Assembly (NCBI GenBank): GCA_025594325.1
Contig: JANHCV010000001.1
Span: forward strand, 2,914,001 to 2,978,000
Source: Blastocladiella emersonii ATCC 22665
Lineage: Eukaryota > Fungi > Blastocladiomycota
Direction of reading: 5' to 3'
Length of the DNA stretch: 64,000 nucleotides
Both the position numbers and the translations under genes were made by a program. This document shows positions 48,952 to 60,405 of the stretch, piece by piece. The notes beneath the pieces were generated by a model, which had not been told where the DNA came from, did no database searches, and saw only the letters and a list, made by a program, of their open reading frames with translations. Numbering within the stretch: the first letter of the stretch is position 1; every line of letters starts with the position of its first letter.

Positions 48952-50002
48952 AAACCTGTCCCGCGCCCTCGCCGGTGAGGGCGACCCGCGCCTGTCCAGC
49001 GTCGCGCAGCGCGGCAGCGGGCAGCCCAAGCCGCTGGCTATCCTCGTCTCGTTCCCCGCGTGCTCTCCGACGAGGCCGGCGAGCTCGACGACGGCCGTTG
49101 CGCGCAGTCCGCCGAGCCCATTATCGACTGAACTTCCCTCCCCACGCCGCCGCTCTCGCCGACCTTCCCTCCACTGGATGACGCGCATGCCGCTCGCTCG
49201 CCGTCTCCGCCGAGCACCGACCCGCTCCGGCTCCCGCCACGATCCGCTGCCGCTCCGCTTCGTGCTTCTGCACCCGACCATGACGCTGTCGTGGACCACA
49301 TGGACGTTCTCGCGAGGCTTCTCCGCAGAACGTGCGTCATTCTCCCGCCGTGGACGCCGTCAACGGAGCAAGTGTTGACCTTGGCCACGACGATCGCTAG
49401 CTTCAGCCTCCTCCCTTGCTTGGCCCGCTACCACCACGACCGCTCGCGACACGCACTCAACGGCGTGCGCCGCGACCCGCCCACGAGCGACTGCGCACCT
49501 ACGACCTGCAGCAGCCGCTCCCCGCTCAGCGCCTCTCGTTCGCCTCGAAGCTCGGGCTCAAGTCGATCCTGCACGACAACACCTTCCTCATGGCCCTACG
49601 GGTACCTCCTCAGCGACGGGTCCCTCGAGGCCAAGTGCGGGAACGTCGTGTTCCAGCCGACGTCCAAAGGCTGGGCATGGCTCGACAAGCGGTTCGCCGA
49701 GCTCAAGGACGTGCTCCCGCTCGATAAGAAGAAACGGCTACATCATGTACGCGACGACGAAGTAGAAGGGCACCCCGATCCGCATCTAGACCATCAAGAA
49801 CGAGGCGTGGACCGACTTCTTCCTCAATGCGTACAAGCACAAGTACGTGCACGGCCACATCCAGCGCGGCGTTGACGACAGCCACCACGTGCACGCTCGG
49901 CTGCCCGTCATTGACGACGGGCTTCCGCTGCCCGCGACGGCCACCGACACGCCTGATCAACATCAAGGCCGAGTCACCGACTTGGTGAAGTCGGTGAAGT
50001 AG
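48952..50002 (+). pseudogene. Disrupted coding relic of unrecognised family (several frameshifts, in-frame TAG/TGA)
   Basis: Protein-like, C/G-ending codon stretches switch frames: ...LSFASKLGLKSILHDNTFLM / PYGYLLSDGSLEAKCGNVVFQPTSKGWAWLDKRF / NGYIMYATTK*KGTPIRI*TIKNEAWTDFFLNAYKHKYVHGHIQRG. An upstream CTATATAAA lies at about 48765-48773. Confidence 0.5.
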
Positions 50003-50398
50003 TTCCTCATCGCGCTGCATGGCGACCTGCTGCTCGCGCGCCGCCCGCTCCTGCTCGCGTATGGCCTGCTGTTCCAGGCGCCAGTTCAGCGCTGCCTGCG
50101 ACTCTTCGGCGTAGCGCAGATTCATGAGGATGTAGCCGCACTCGATGCTATCGAGCTCGTTGAAGCCGAATAGGAGGGACTGGTTGAGCGACCGTCAGGC
50201 GAAGCCGAAGTCGAAGTTGAAGTGGCGCAGGCTGTGGCGCAAAGTCAGGAGTGGAGCGTTCAGCCACACCGCTCGCTGGTCGCTGGTCGCTGCTGCCTGC
50301 CCTGCCTGCCCCGCTGGCCCGCCCGCTCTCGTCGCGGCCGACGCTCTCGGCTTGGTCAATCCTCTGGATTTATCGGACCACCCCGATTCCACCACGAA

Positions 50399-51478
50399 AT
50401 GGCAAAGAACGCGAAGGGTGCGCCATCCCGCTACGAGGGAGGCCCTGCGCGCGCGACACCATGAAACCACATCCCATGCATGCCAAAACGAATGGACCGA
50501 CCACGACGACGCACGCCGTCCCACTACGCCCTTGCGGACACGCCGAACCATCCGACTGGGGAAACTATCGTCGAACACCTCGCTACGCTGCCCGATCGGC
50601 CGTTGTCACCGCGGATGGTCTGGCGTGTTCGCCTCGTCGCTCGTCACGCCGACTCGCCGTTTCCCTGCCGAAACGCTGGACACCGCCTCCCGAATCGCTC
50701 GTCCCGGCGGTGGACCGCTCGTCCCGCTGAACTCGGCGTGAGCTACGGCAATTTTGGTGTGGCCGTCCGTTTGCATGCATGGCGTGGAATCAACGTCGCC
50801 GCGCAGACCGCCTCCCCACCGTTCTACTTGGACCTCTGAACGCAGAGCTGACGACGCCGTCCGTTTGACCCTTTAGCTCACGGTACATACCGCCCGAATG
50901 ACCGACTGGCCGAAAATGCGCTTGCGAGCTCGCTTGCCGCGTTTCCGCCACATCCCCCGCGAATCGCACCCTAACCCGCTCCCCTCGTTTCCCTCGTCCC
51001 CTCGCAGTGTCCGGCACCAAGTTCCGCATGGCCCTTGGTCTGCCCGTCGGCGCCGTCATGAACTGCGCTGACAACTCGGGTGCCAAGAACCTGTACGTCA
51101 TCTCGGTCGCCAAGACCCACGCCCGCCTCAACCGCCTCCCCAAGGCCGGTCCCGGCGACATGGTCATGGCCACGGTCAAGAAGGGTAAGCCCGACCTCCG
51201 TAAGAAGGTCATGCCCGCTGTCGTTGTCCGCCAGCGCAAGCCGTGGCGTCGTCGCGACGGTGTCTTCCTCTACTTCGAGGGTACGCTTTTCCGATTCGGA
51301 CTGTGTATTTGCCTGGCCAAGTCGCTCACTCTTGCGTCCCCCTCGCCATCCAGACAACGCCGGTGTCATCGTCAACCCCAAGGGTGAGATGAAGGGTTCC
51401 GCCATCACTGGCCCCGTTGCCAAGGAGTGCGCCGACCTGTGGCCCAAGATCGCCTCGGCCTCGGGCACCGTCGTCTAA
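50399..51478 (+). CDS. RPL23: 60S ribosomal protein uL14 (exon 1 50399-50417, 590-nt intron, then two exons)
   Basis: MAKNAK|[30 protein letters not shown]...[28 protein letters not shown]...[35 protein letters not shown]. Confidence 0.96.
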
Positions 51479-51868
51479 GCTCAGACGATTCCCCTTGTTC
51501 ATGCAGCCGAAGCACCGCGTGGTTCCCTCCGCGCGTGTCTCAAATACACTCGTGTCTCCCTTGTGCATTGTCTTGTTCCTCGTTGAGTTGTACTGCTCGT
51601 CTGAGACTTGCTCGTGAGCACGACGCGATCTTGGTCACCCTGGCCGCGGGCCTTCTTGACCTCTGAACTCAGCACCTCTTGAGCTCTGAACTCGGCACGT
51701 CCAAAGCGTGAGGAAGCAGATAACTCGTGGCCACGGCCATGGTGCCCTGGATGCATGGCCACGACCGATGGACCAGGTCGCCTCAAGGCCGCCCTGACGA
51801 ACAACAGGAAGCGAGACACCCACATGTTGCTATATTTTGACAATAAACTAAGGAGACCACCGCCGCCC

Positions 51869-54800
51869 TCACGCCGACGGCAGACAACTCGCGAGCACCT
51901 TGGCCGCATTGACCGAGTCAGCCGACCGCCTGTCGCCAACGAGGTGCGCGAGCAGGCGCTCGAGCAGCTCAGCCGTGGCCGGACTGGCCGCCGACGCGAA
52001 CACGGGGAACAGCGCCGCCATATCGTCGTCGGTCGGCACCCAGTTGCGCGGCGACCGCTGCAGCACGTAGTCGGCCGCGCGCACCAGCGTCGCCACGTCC
52101 GCGCCGTCGGCGCCGCACATTTCGAGCAGCAGGGACACCAGCGCAAACGGGTCCTCCTCGCCATCGCCGCCGGGGACCGCCGGGAGCAGCGCGGCGCAGA
52201 TCTGGACCGACCGCAGCAGGTCCGTCCCGCGCGGCGGGTCCACTTCGCGGCCAGGCCCGTCGCGCCACGCGCGCAGCATCGCGACCACGGGCATCCGCGC
52301 CGCGGGTCCCGCGGCCTCGAGCCACGCGGCGACGTTCGCGGGGAGCCCTTGCCGCGCGGCGGCGCCGCGGTCGAGGGCCTGCGCAATCGCGCGGCGCGTG
52401 CACACGGCGAGGAGCCGCGGGTCGTCGTGCGCGGGGAGCGCGCGCGGGCGGAACACGAGCGTGTTGGAGACAAACGCCGGGAACATGCTGGACCCGGCGA
52501 GGGCGTTGTCGGCAAACAGCGTGCGGATGGCGGCGGTCGGGACCGCGGGGACGACGAGCGCGAGGCGGAACAGGGAGATGCTGCGGCGGGACCACTCGAC
52601 GAGGACGGGCGCGAGCGCCGGGACGCGCGGCGCGACGAGGGCGAGGAGGAGCGCGAATGGGCGTTCGTCGGCGGGCAGCGCCGCGTTGACCAGGACGCGC
52701 GACGCGGGGCCGTGCGGGCCTGCGGGAAGGCGGATTGCGAGCACGCTTGGCGACGGCTGCACGACCAGGTTCTGCGCCGCGCTGCCGATCCCGCGCGACG
52801 AGCGGTGCGCGCGGTCAATGGCCTTGAGAAAGTCCTCGACGTTGCGCGACACGAGCGTCTTGACGGCGTCGAGCTGGTCGACGATGGCGGCCGGGTGCAG
52901 CTTGACCGCCGCGAGCACGGCATCGATCGAGTTGAGCCTTGGCTGCTCGGCGGGCGGCGGTGCGACCATTGGCCGGGGCGCGGGTGGTGGTGGCGGGACA
53001 GCAGCCGTTGCGGCCGCCGCGGCACGAGCACGCTTCGCCGCTGGCCTCGGTTCAGGAACCGCCGGCGGCGACGGTGACCGCGCTCGCCGGCGCTTGGCGG
53101 TCACGAGCGACGACGCCGCGGACGGCGAGTCCGAGTCGGCGGGGGACGACGCGCGCGACCTGGCGGGCGAGGCCGCCTGCTGCTCCACGGCGCGGGTGCG
53201 CGCGACACGGCGCTCAGCGACAGCGGCGGCCGTCGGCTTGGTGACGGTGGCGAGCGACGAGGCACGCGTCTTGCGCGCGGGCGGCGGCGGTGATGGCGGG
53301 GCAATGGCCGAGGCGCTCGAGTCCGACGGCGCGTAGTCGGGCGAGGACGGGCGCGAGGAGCTCGGCGAGGCGACGACGGCTGGTGGGCGGCCGCGCTTCT
53401 TGGTCGCGGCGAGCGCCGTGGTCGTCGCGGGTTTCGCCGGAGCAGCAGCAGCAGCGGCGGCCGCGAGCTCGCGCGCACGGCGGGTCGCTGGAGGAACGGT
53501 TGCTGCTGCTGCTGGTGGTGGCTGCGACAAGCGCGTGGAGCGAGCCGGCGGAGCGTCGCTCTCCGACTCGCTATCCGAGGCGGTGGAGCTCTCCACTATC
53601 CGCGGGACGACGCGCGACTTGGCCGCAGCTGCGGCGCTGGCGGCGGGCTGCTTCTTCGCTGCCGCTGCCGTCGGAGCAGACGCGGCGCGAGCGGGTGGTA
53701 CCCGTTTCGGTGCGGGCATGGGGGCAGCGGGGGCGGCGGGTTCCTGCTCGAGCGACCGACGTTGGCGTGGCGCGGGGACGGCCACCGGCGACAGAAGCGA
53801 CTCCACTGCTGGCGTCGCGTCGAGTGCGGGCGCGGAGGCGAGCGTCGGCGACGACACAATGGACACGGGCTGCATGGGCTGCACGGGCGCGCGAGGGGGT
53901 TCAGCGAGCGGGACTGGCGCGGGCGCGAGGACCGGCATGGGTGCGGCCATCTCGGCCATCTTGACCTTCATTTCGGCGGTAGCGAGGTCGCGGCTGAGTC
54001 GGGTGAGCAGGTCGACGAGGCCCGACTGCTTGGCCGACTGCTGCGACAGCTCGTCGCGAGTCTTATCGCGGTCGGTGCGAACCTGGTCGAGCTCGCGGGC
54101 GAGGGCCTCGGCGTGCTTGCGCGATTCGCGGAGGTCCGACTCGAGCTGCTCCTGGCGCGCCGTCGACGAGGACTGGTGCGAGGCGGCGGCACGCGCGTCG
54201 CGCAGGTCGCGGTGGGTCTCGTCGAGCTCGGCGCGCACGCGGTCGAGCTCGGCCTCGGACGCCTTGAGCTGGGACTGCAGCTCCGCGAGCTGCTCGGGCG
54301 CGACCAGACGCACCTCGGACCGCGTCTTCTGCAGCTCGGTGCGGAACCGCGCCGCGTCGGCCTTGGCGGTGCCGGCCTCGGTGCGCGCCGCGTCGAGGTC
54401 CTTGCGGACCTTGCCGAGCTCGGCGTTGGCCGAGGCGAGCTCGCGCTGCGCCTTGGCCAGCTTGGTCTCGAGCGCCTTGTTGGCAGCGGTGAGCCGCTTC
54501 ACGTCGCGGTCCAGCGCGTCCTTTTCGTTGCGCAGGGCGACCGAGGCGGACTGGGCCGACCCGATCTGGACGCGCAGGCCGTGGATCTGCTGCTCGAGCT
54601 CCTGCACGGCGGTGCTGCTCGGAGCGGGCGGCGGGGCCGCGATGGCGGTGGCGAGGGACGGGGCGGGCGTGCGGTGCGACGCGGCCTCGGCATCGCGCCG
54701 CGCAGCGGCGAGCTCGCGGCGGGCGGCCTCGAGGTCCCGGCGGACCGACTCGGCGTCGCGGCGGGCGGCGTCGGCCTTGCGGCGCTCCTCCTCGGTGTCG

Positions 54801-55517
54801 CGGCGCGCCAGGTCGAGGGACGCGCGGAGCGTCGCGGCCTCGGCGGCACCGGACATGTAGCCCTGCGCCTCGCTGAGCTGGCTCCTACACGGATCGCATG
54901 GGACGATGTCAGTGACCGGCCCTGCAGGCGCGCTCGGTGCACGGGGCGGCGTACCGGACAGTCTCGAGCTCGGCGGTCAGGTCGTTGTTCTTCTTGCGCA
55001 GCTCGTCCGTCTTCTCCTTGTTGCGCTAGAGAGAACGAGGAATCGGTCAGCGACTGATCCGCTGGACAGCGCAAGGGACGCGCGCACCTTGATGTTGGTC
55101 TCCTTCTGCTTGGTGACCTTGTCGAGCTCGGCCTTGGTCTCGGCGAGCGAGGCCTCGAGCTCGGCGCACTTGCACGAGGCCGACGGGCCCTGCTGCGGCT
55201 GAGCCTCGGCCAGCTCGAGCCTGGCGCGGAGCTCTTCGACCTCGAGCCGCGCGGCGTCGCGCTCCTTCTCGGCCTCAGCGCAGCGGGACCGTTGTTCGTT
55301 GGCGGCTACACACTCTCGAGTCCGTGAGCCGAGTCGTCTTAGGGTGGAGCGCATCAGGAAGAAACCCACCCTTGTTGGCCGCGTCGAGGGCCGCGTTCAC
55401 CCTGTCGACATTGGCGATGCTGGCCTTGATGACGGCAATGTTCTGCTTGAGGGTCGCGTTCTCCTGCACGAGGATGCTGTCGTCCTCGGCATCGCTGATG
55501 GTGCCCTGCGACGACAT
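51869..55517 (-). CDS. Uncharacterised protein: long N-terminal coiled coil, disordered S/P/A-rich middle with an AT-hook, C-terminal helical domain
   Basis: 995-codon ORF plus small 5' exons starting MSSQGTISDAEDDSILVQEN; heptad-rich first about 300 aa; KKRGRPP motif; basic NLS-like KRRRARS; hydrophobic helical C-terminal about 330 aa. Confidence 0.75.
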
Positions 55518-55861
55518 AGCGGCGCGTGCAGGCGGCAGCGGCAGCGGGGGCCAAACGGCGACGGCAATGGGCGCGGGCCGGCGGGGTTTCGATGCGTTGC
55601 AGTAGGCCTGGGCGGGAGTGCTCGCCGGGCAGCGTTCGTGGGGTGATGGCGACGAGATGCGGGGTCGGCAGCGACGACGGAGGCCGGGGGCAGGGTCGGA
55701 GGAGCGACATGGCGCAGCCGCGCGCTTTCGCGGTCACCGTGCCGTCCCGTGAACCGTTGCCGGGGAGCCGCCGCGCTCTGCGCCGCGCTCTGCCCGGCCG
55801 ACCCTCGAGACTCTCGGGGCCCCGTCAACCCGTTTCTCGCCATCATTTCCCACTCGCTGCA

Positions 55862-57310
55862 ATGAATGACTTTCGCGACATGCTCGGCGCTGGGCCCGCC
55901 GCCCCGGCAGGCGCGCGGCCGGCGGCGTGCGTGAAACCCAAGAAGAGAACGCAGCACGAGCTGCAGCAGGGTCCGCTGTCCCTCCCCGCTCGCCGCTCGC
56001 TGCTTCAATGCTGAACGAGCGACACACACACACCCGTAGAACTCGGCGTGTCGCGCGAGGTGCTCAAGCTCATGGGCGACGCGCCGCCGCCGATCCTCAT
56101 CACGTCGCGGCCGATCCTGAAGCCGTCGATCCGCCTGGCCAAAGTGTCCGGGTGGAAGTGGGCGCCCTTCTCCAACCCGGCGCGCACCGACGGCCTGGTG
56201 CTGCACCACTGGGTCAAGGCGCAGGACCCCGACGACGGGTACCGGTTCAGCGTCTTCAACAAGCGCGCCGACGTAGTCGCCTACACGGACGACGAGTACG
56301 AGCAGCACCTCGCCGACCCGGCGTGGACGAAACCCGACACGGACCACCTGTTCGACCTGTGCCGCGCGCTGGACCTGCGGTTTGCCGTGATCCTCGACCG
56401 GTACGACCCGCCGAGCGGCACCGCGCGCGACATGGAGGACCTCAAGCACCGCTTCGTCGAGGTGACGCGCCGCATCCTGACCCTGCGTCACCCGCTGCCG
56501 GACCCGTCGCAGAAGGCCGTGATCGCCTCGCTCCAGTTCGACGCCGCCATGGAGCGCGAGCGCAAGGCCCACGTCCGCGCACTCATGTCGCGCACCCAGG
56601 AGGAGATGGACGAGGAGGAGCAGCTGCTCGCCGAGTTGCTCATGTTCGAGGAGCGCCACGCCAAAATTTCAAAGGACCGCCAGGAGTTCCTCACCCGCTT
56701 CTACAAGGGGCTAGACCCGCACGACCTCGCCAGCTACAACACCAAGCGCCGCAAGATCCGCGAGGCCAGCTACATGAACAGTGCATACTCTCTCTCTTGT
56801 GCCGCTGGTGCGATGCGGGCGACTGACGTCGGGATTGTAGTGCACAACGCCGACATGAACGCGGCAGCAGCGGCAGCAGCCAAGGCCGAGCCAGCCGCAC
56901 CCGCCGTCGAGGGCATCGTCACGACCACCGACAAGCTCAACCCGGGCGTGTTCCTGCGCACGTCCAAGCTCACGTCCGTCAAGCCCGCGCTCCAGACCAA
57001 GCTCTCGGCCATCCTGCAGGAGGTCGGCGTCCGTACGTTGCTTTTCTGGGAAACTCTTCGATCCTCTCGCTCACCATGTGCCCCGCATGCAGGCCCGCTC
57101 GACCGCCCCGTCATGTGCTCGACGGCCGTGTACCAGCGGTTCGAGGAGCTCAAGGCCAACGCGTTGCAGCTGCTCGAGCTCAAGAAGCAGGCCGACAAGC
57201 TCGAGTCGGAGCTGCGCACCTTTGCCCACAAGCGCGAGCTGTACCACTCGCTCGACAAGCGGCCCACGAGCTCGCCCGCGCCGCCCGTCGAGCGCAAGCG
57301 CCGGCGCTGA
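55862..57310 (+). CDS. SWC4: SWR1/NuA4 subunit Swc4/Eaf2 (DMAP1), SANT domain
   Basis: DFRDML start, SREVLKLMG, WKWAPFSNPARTDGLVLHHWVK, FSVFNKR...YTDDEYEQHLADPAWTKPDTDHLFDLCRALDLRFAVILDRY...MEDLKHRF. Confidence 0.93.
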
Positions 57311-57405
57311 GGCGCGTCGCTGCTCTATCACCCCATGCCATGTACATAAACCAGTCTCAGTTATTCATTTTCCGCGTTGCGTTGGTATACGTCTCTTCTC
57401 CGTTT

Positions 57406-58090
57406 CTAGGGCGATGCAGCGGCCACCTTGAGCGAAGCACCGGTCGCGACGGCGGCCAGGCGCTCCATGACCTGGTCGAGCGCCGCGCGGCCGAGGTGCG
57501 CGTTGGCCTGGAACCGCTGGATCAGCGCGCCCTCAATGTAGTCGGCGATGCGCGCGGGCACGCTCGTCGATACGGTCACGGTTTGCCGGAACGCGGTCCG
57601 TGCGCTACACGTCGCGAGAAGTGAGCGAGTGCGGTCGATTGGTGGCTGGGAGCGAGGAGACCGCGTACGATGGATGTCCCGCGTCGGGCGAGTAGTGTAC
57701 CGACTCGGACATGACCATGAGGTCGCGGAACGTCAGGTTGGTCGACACGGCCGAGAAGGTCTGCGTGGCCAGGTCGACCTGAGAGACCTCGAGGACGTAC
57801 GATACGGGTTCGCGGCCACCGAACAGCTACCGGTCGCGGCGATGAGTGCCAGCTCGAGGTGCAGAGGACCCAGCGGTCGGTTGTACCTTGACGAGAAGCC
57901 GCGGGACCTGCTGCCGGATAGTCAGGAGCCGGTGCGTGTGCAGGACGCGGCGCTCCTCGTCGACGTGCTGGTCGACCACGTCGACTGACAGGACGTGCGG
58001 TGTCTTCTCAGAGGGGTACTTTTGCCACAACGCGGCCGTCACTAGACCCCATGGCCGCTCATAGACATGGTTGCTCTCTCCGACTTTCAT
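57406..58090 (-). CDS. UPS2: PRELI/Ups family mitochondrial lipid-transfer protein (Ups2/PRELID3-like)
   Basis: SNHVYERPWGLVTAALWQKYP...HVLSVDVVDQHVD...LHTHRLLT, STNLTFRDLMVMSESVHY, RFQANAHLGRAALDQV. Confidence 0.85.
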
Positions 58091-58866
58091 TGCTAAGTTG
58101 TGGGCAGGGAGGGAGGGAGAAGGCACGGACGACCTCCATGGCCTGATGGTCATGGCCACCCCCGCCCGCATGTCTCCTGGGAGACAGCCAGCCGCCACGC
58201 TGACGAAGCGGCGCGGGCACAACACGGTGCATGCGACGCGCGCGGCCGCGATCGAGACGCGAGACGTGAGACGCGCGGGATCAGGTCGCCATCATGTGGC
58301 GCCGCCACGCCGACCCTTGCTTCATCGCCGCCGCCGCCGCCGATCCGACTCTGCTGAGCGACGCGCGACGCGTGTGCCGAGCAACGTGTTTCCAAACGCG
58401 CGTCGCATCCGAGGGACCGCGAAGGTCGCTGCCCTGCCCGCCGACGCAGCCACGCGTGGCCATGGCCGACCGGGGCCGCGGCTTCCGTGGCCAGGGTTAC
58501 GCGCTACGCCACTCCCACGCCCTCACAGCGCATTGAACCGAGAGCGGGGCATTCACGTCGCCTCATTTTCTCCGGGTGCTGTTGAAAATACGAGGAGGGA
58601 GGGCGCTGCTGACGTGGCCGCGGTCAAACCGGCGCTGGGGCCCCGCTCTTCCGAGCTCCACACCGCCGCCTCCGTTGCCCATGCCGCCGTCTCCGCCACC
58701 GACGCCGCGCCGCCGAGTCGAACTCGTCCGCCGACATCTGCGCCGTTCCAGCGAGGTGCGTCTGTCCCTGCCCGTGCCTGCCCGGGTACAAAAGGGCGCT
58801 GCGCCCTCGCTCCCATCCCTTCTCTCCCTGACCCCGTACTTGATGCAACCTCTACAGCGCGCTGCC

Positions 58867-60405
58867 ATGAACACATCTACCGACGCCACCAACAACACGA
58901 GCGACGCCGCCCTCGAGACGCGCGCGCAGACCGAGGTCGCCGCCGCCGCCGCGGCGGGCGAGGCTGACAAGGCCACGTTCTGGTTCACCATTGGCCTCCT
59001 CGTCAAGCAGGTCCCGATGCTCGCGCGCGCGCTCGTCGAGGGCCCGCAGCGCGCCAACCGCACGCGCGGCCTCGATATCTTCATCCGCTTCTTCCGCGAG
59101 TCGTCCAAGTCGCCCGATATGAACGTGTACCGCGCCCGGTCCATCCTCGGCGCCCTCGACAAGCTCGGCGAGACGCGCAAGAAGGTCGCGCTCAAGGGCG
59201 CGACCTTCACGCCGCGCACCTGGACCGCCACGCTTGATGCCTCGGCCGCCGCCGCGGCGCCTGCCGCGACCGACGCGGCCGGCGCGCCGCTCCCCGTCGT
59301 CGCCCTGCGGTCGTCGCTCGCCGCCAAGTACCCGCTGCGCACGCCGTCGACCTGGCAGGTCTCGGCCGAGTGGACCGTCAATAACGAGGCCACCTACGAC
59401 CCCGACCGCGTCGTAATGTACCTCCACGGCGGCGCCTACTGCTTCAGCAGTGCCGCGTCGTACCGCCACTTCGTCGGCCCGCTCGCCAAACGCCTCGGCC
59501 GTCGCGTCTTCAACGTCGAGTACCGTCTCGCCCCCGAGTCCGTCTTCCCCGACGCCCTGCACGACGCCGTCTCGGCGTTCCTGTACCTGACCGAGGTCGA
59601 GGGCATTGCCCCGCGCAACATCGTGTTCATGGGCGACTCGGCGGGCGCCAACCTCGCCATGGTCACGATGCTGTTCCTGCGCGACCACGGCTACCCGCTG
59701 CCCGGCGGCGCCGCGCTGCTTTCGCCGTGGTCCGACCTCGCCCACAACCTCCCCTCGTACTTCGAGAACGCTAAATACGACTACATCAACCCGTTCGACG
59801 AATCTCCCAACATGAACCCCGTCGCGCTGCTGTGCGGCCGCCGCGACTACCACGACGTAGTCAAGTCCGAGCCGCTCCTCTCGCCTGTCCTCGATTCCCA
59901 GACAGCGCCACAGCTCCCGCCCATCTACATCTCGACGGGCTCGGACGAGATCCTCCTCGACGAGAACGTGCTGCTTGCCGCCGGCCTCGCCAAGCGCGGC
60001 GCCTCGGTCCTCGTCCACGATGTTCACGAGCACCAGATTCACGTGCACCCGTTCCTCGCACCCTTCTCCAACGACGCGGCACGGTTCCGCTCGCGCCTGC
60101 ACCAGTTCATCACCCAGGTCGCCGACGCGCCGGCCGGCACCTTCCCCGCGCCGCTCGTTGAGGTCGCCTACTTCAAGGACGGCGAGCTCGTCGAGGCCGG
60201 GCCCGGCCGCGCGTGGGCGCCGCGCTGGGCGGGGATCCGCAACGTCAAGGCGCTCGACTGGGACGCGGCCGAGATCGCGACGTCGGCCGTGCTGCCCGCG
60301 CCGGAGCCGCTCGACGCTGAGACCAAGGCGGCCGCGAGCAACGCCGTCGACAGCGAGGCGGCGCTGGCCGAGGGCGTGACGCGGGCTGCCGCGACGTCAG
60401 CGTGA
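58867..60405 (+). CDS. Alpha/beta hydrolase, HSL-family esterase/lipase (intronless)
   Basis: YLHGGAY oxyanion motif, VEYRLAPE..FPDALHDA, GDSAGANLA nucleophile motif, GSDEILLDE, QIHVHP. The start may alternatively be ATG 58843. Confidence 0.9.
   Translation: MNTSTDATNNTSDAALETRAQTEVAAAAAAGEADKATFWFTIGLLVKQVPMLARALVEGPQRANRTRGLDIFIRFFRESSKSPDMNVYRARSILGALDKLGETRKKVALKGATFTPRTWTATLDASAAAAAPAATDAAGAPLPVVALRSSLAAKYPLRTPSTWQVSAEWTVNNEATYDPDRVVMYLHGGAYCFSSAASYRHFVGPLAKRLGRRVFNVEYRLAPESVFPDALHDAVSAFLYLTEVEGIAPRNIVFMGDSAGANLAMVTMLFLRDHGYPLPGGAALLSPWSDLAHNLPSYFENAKYDYINPFDESPNMNPVALLCGRRDYHDVVKSEPLLSPVLDSQTAPQLPPIYISTGSDEILLDENVLLAAGLAKRGASVLVHDVHEHQIHVHPFLAPFSNDAARFRSRLHQFITQVADAPAGTFPAPLVEVAYFKDGELVEAGPGRAWAPRWAGIRNVKALDWDAAEIATSAVLPAPEPLDAETKAAASNAVDSEAALAEGVTRAAATSA

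Noticed and set aside
58867-60405. Intronless esterase (and intronless ARG1 and MPP10) as possible horizontal transfers
   Set aside because: GC content and codon style match neighbouring genes, the families are ubiquitous in fungi, and conserved eukaryotic genes here are also intronless.
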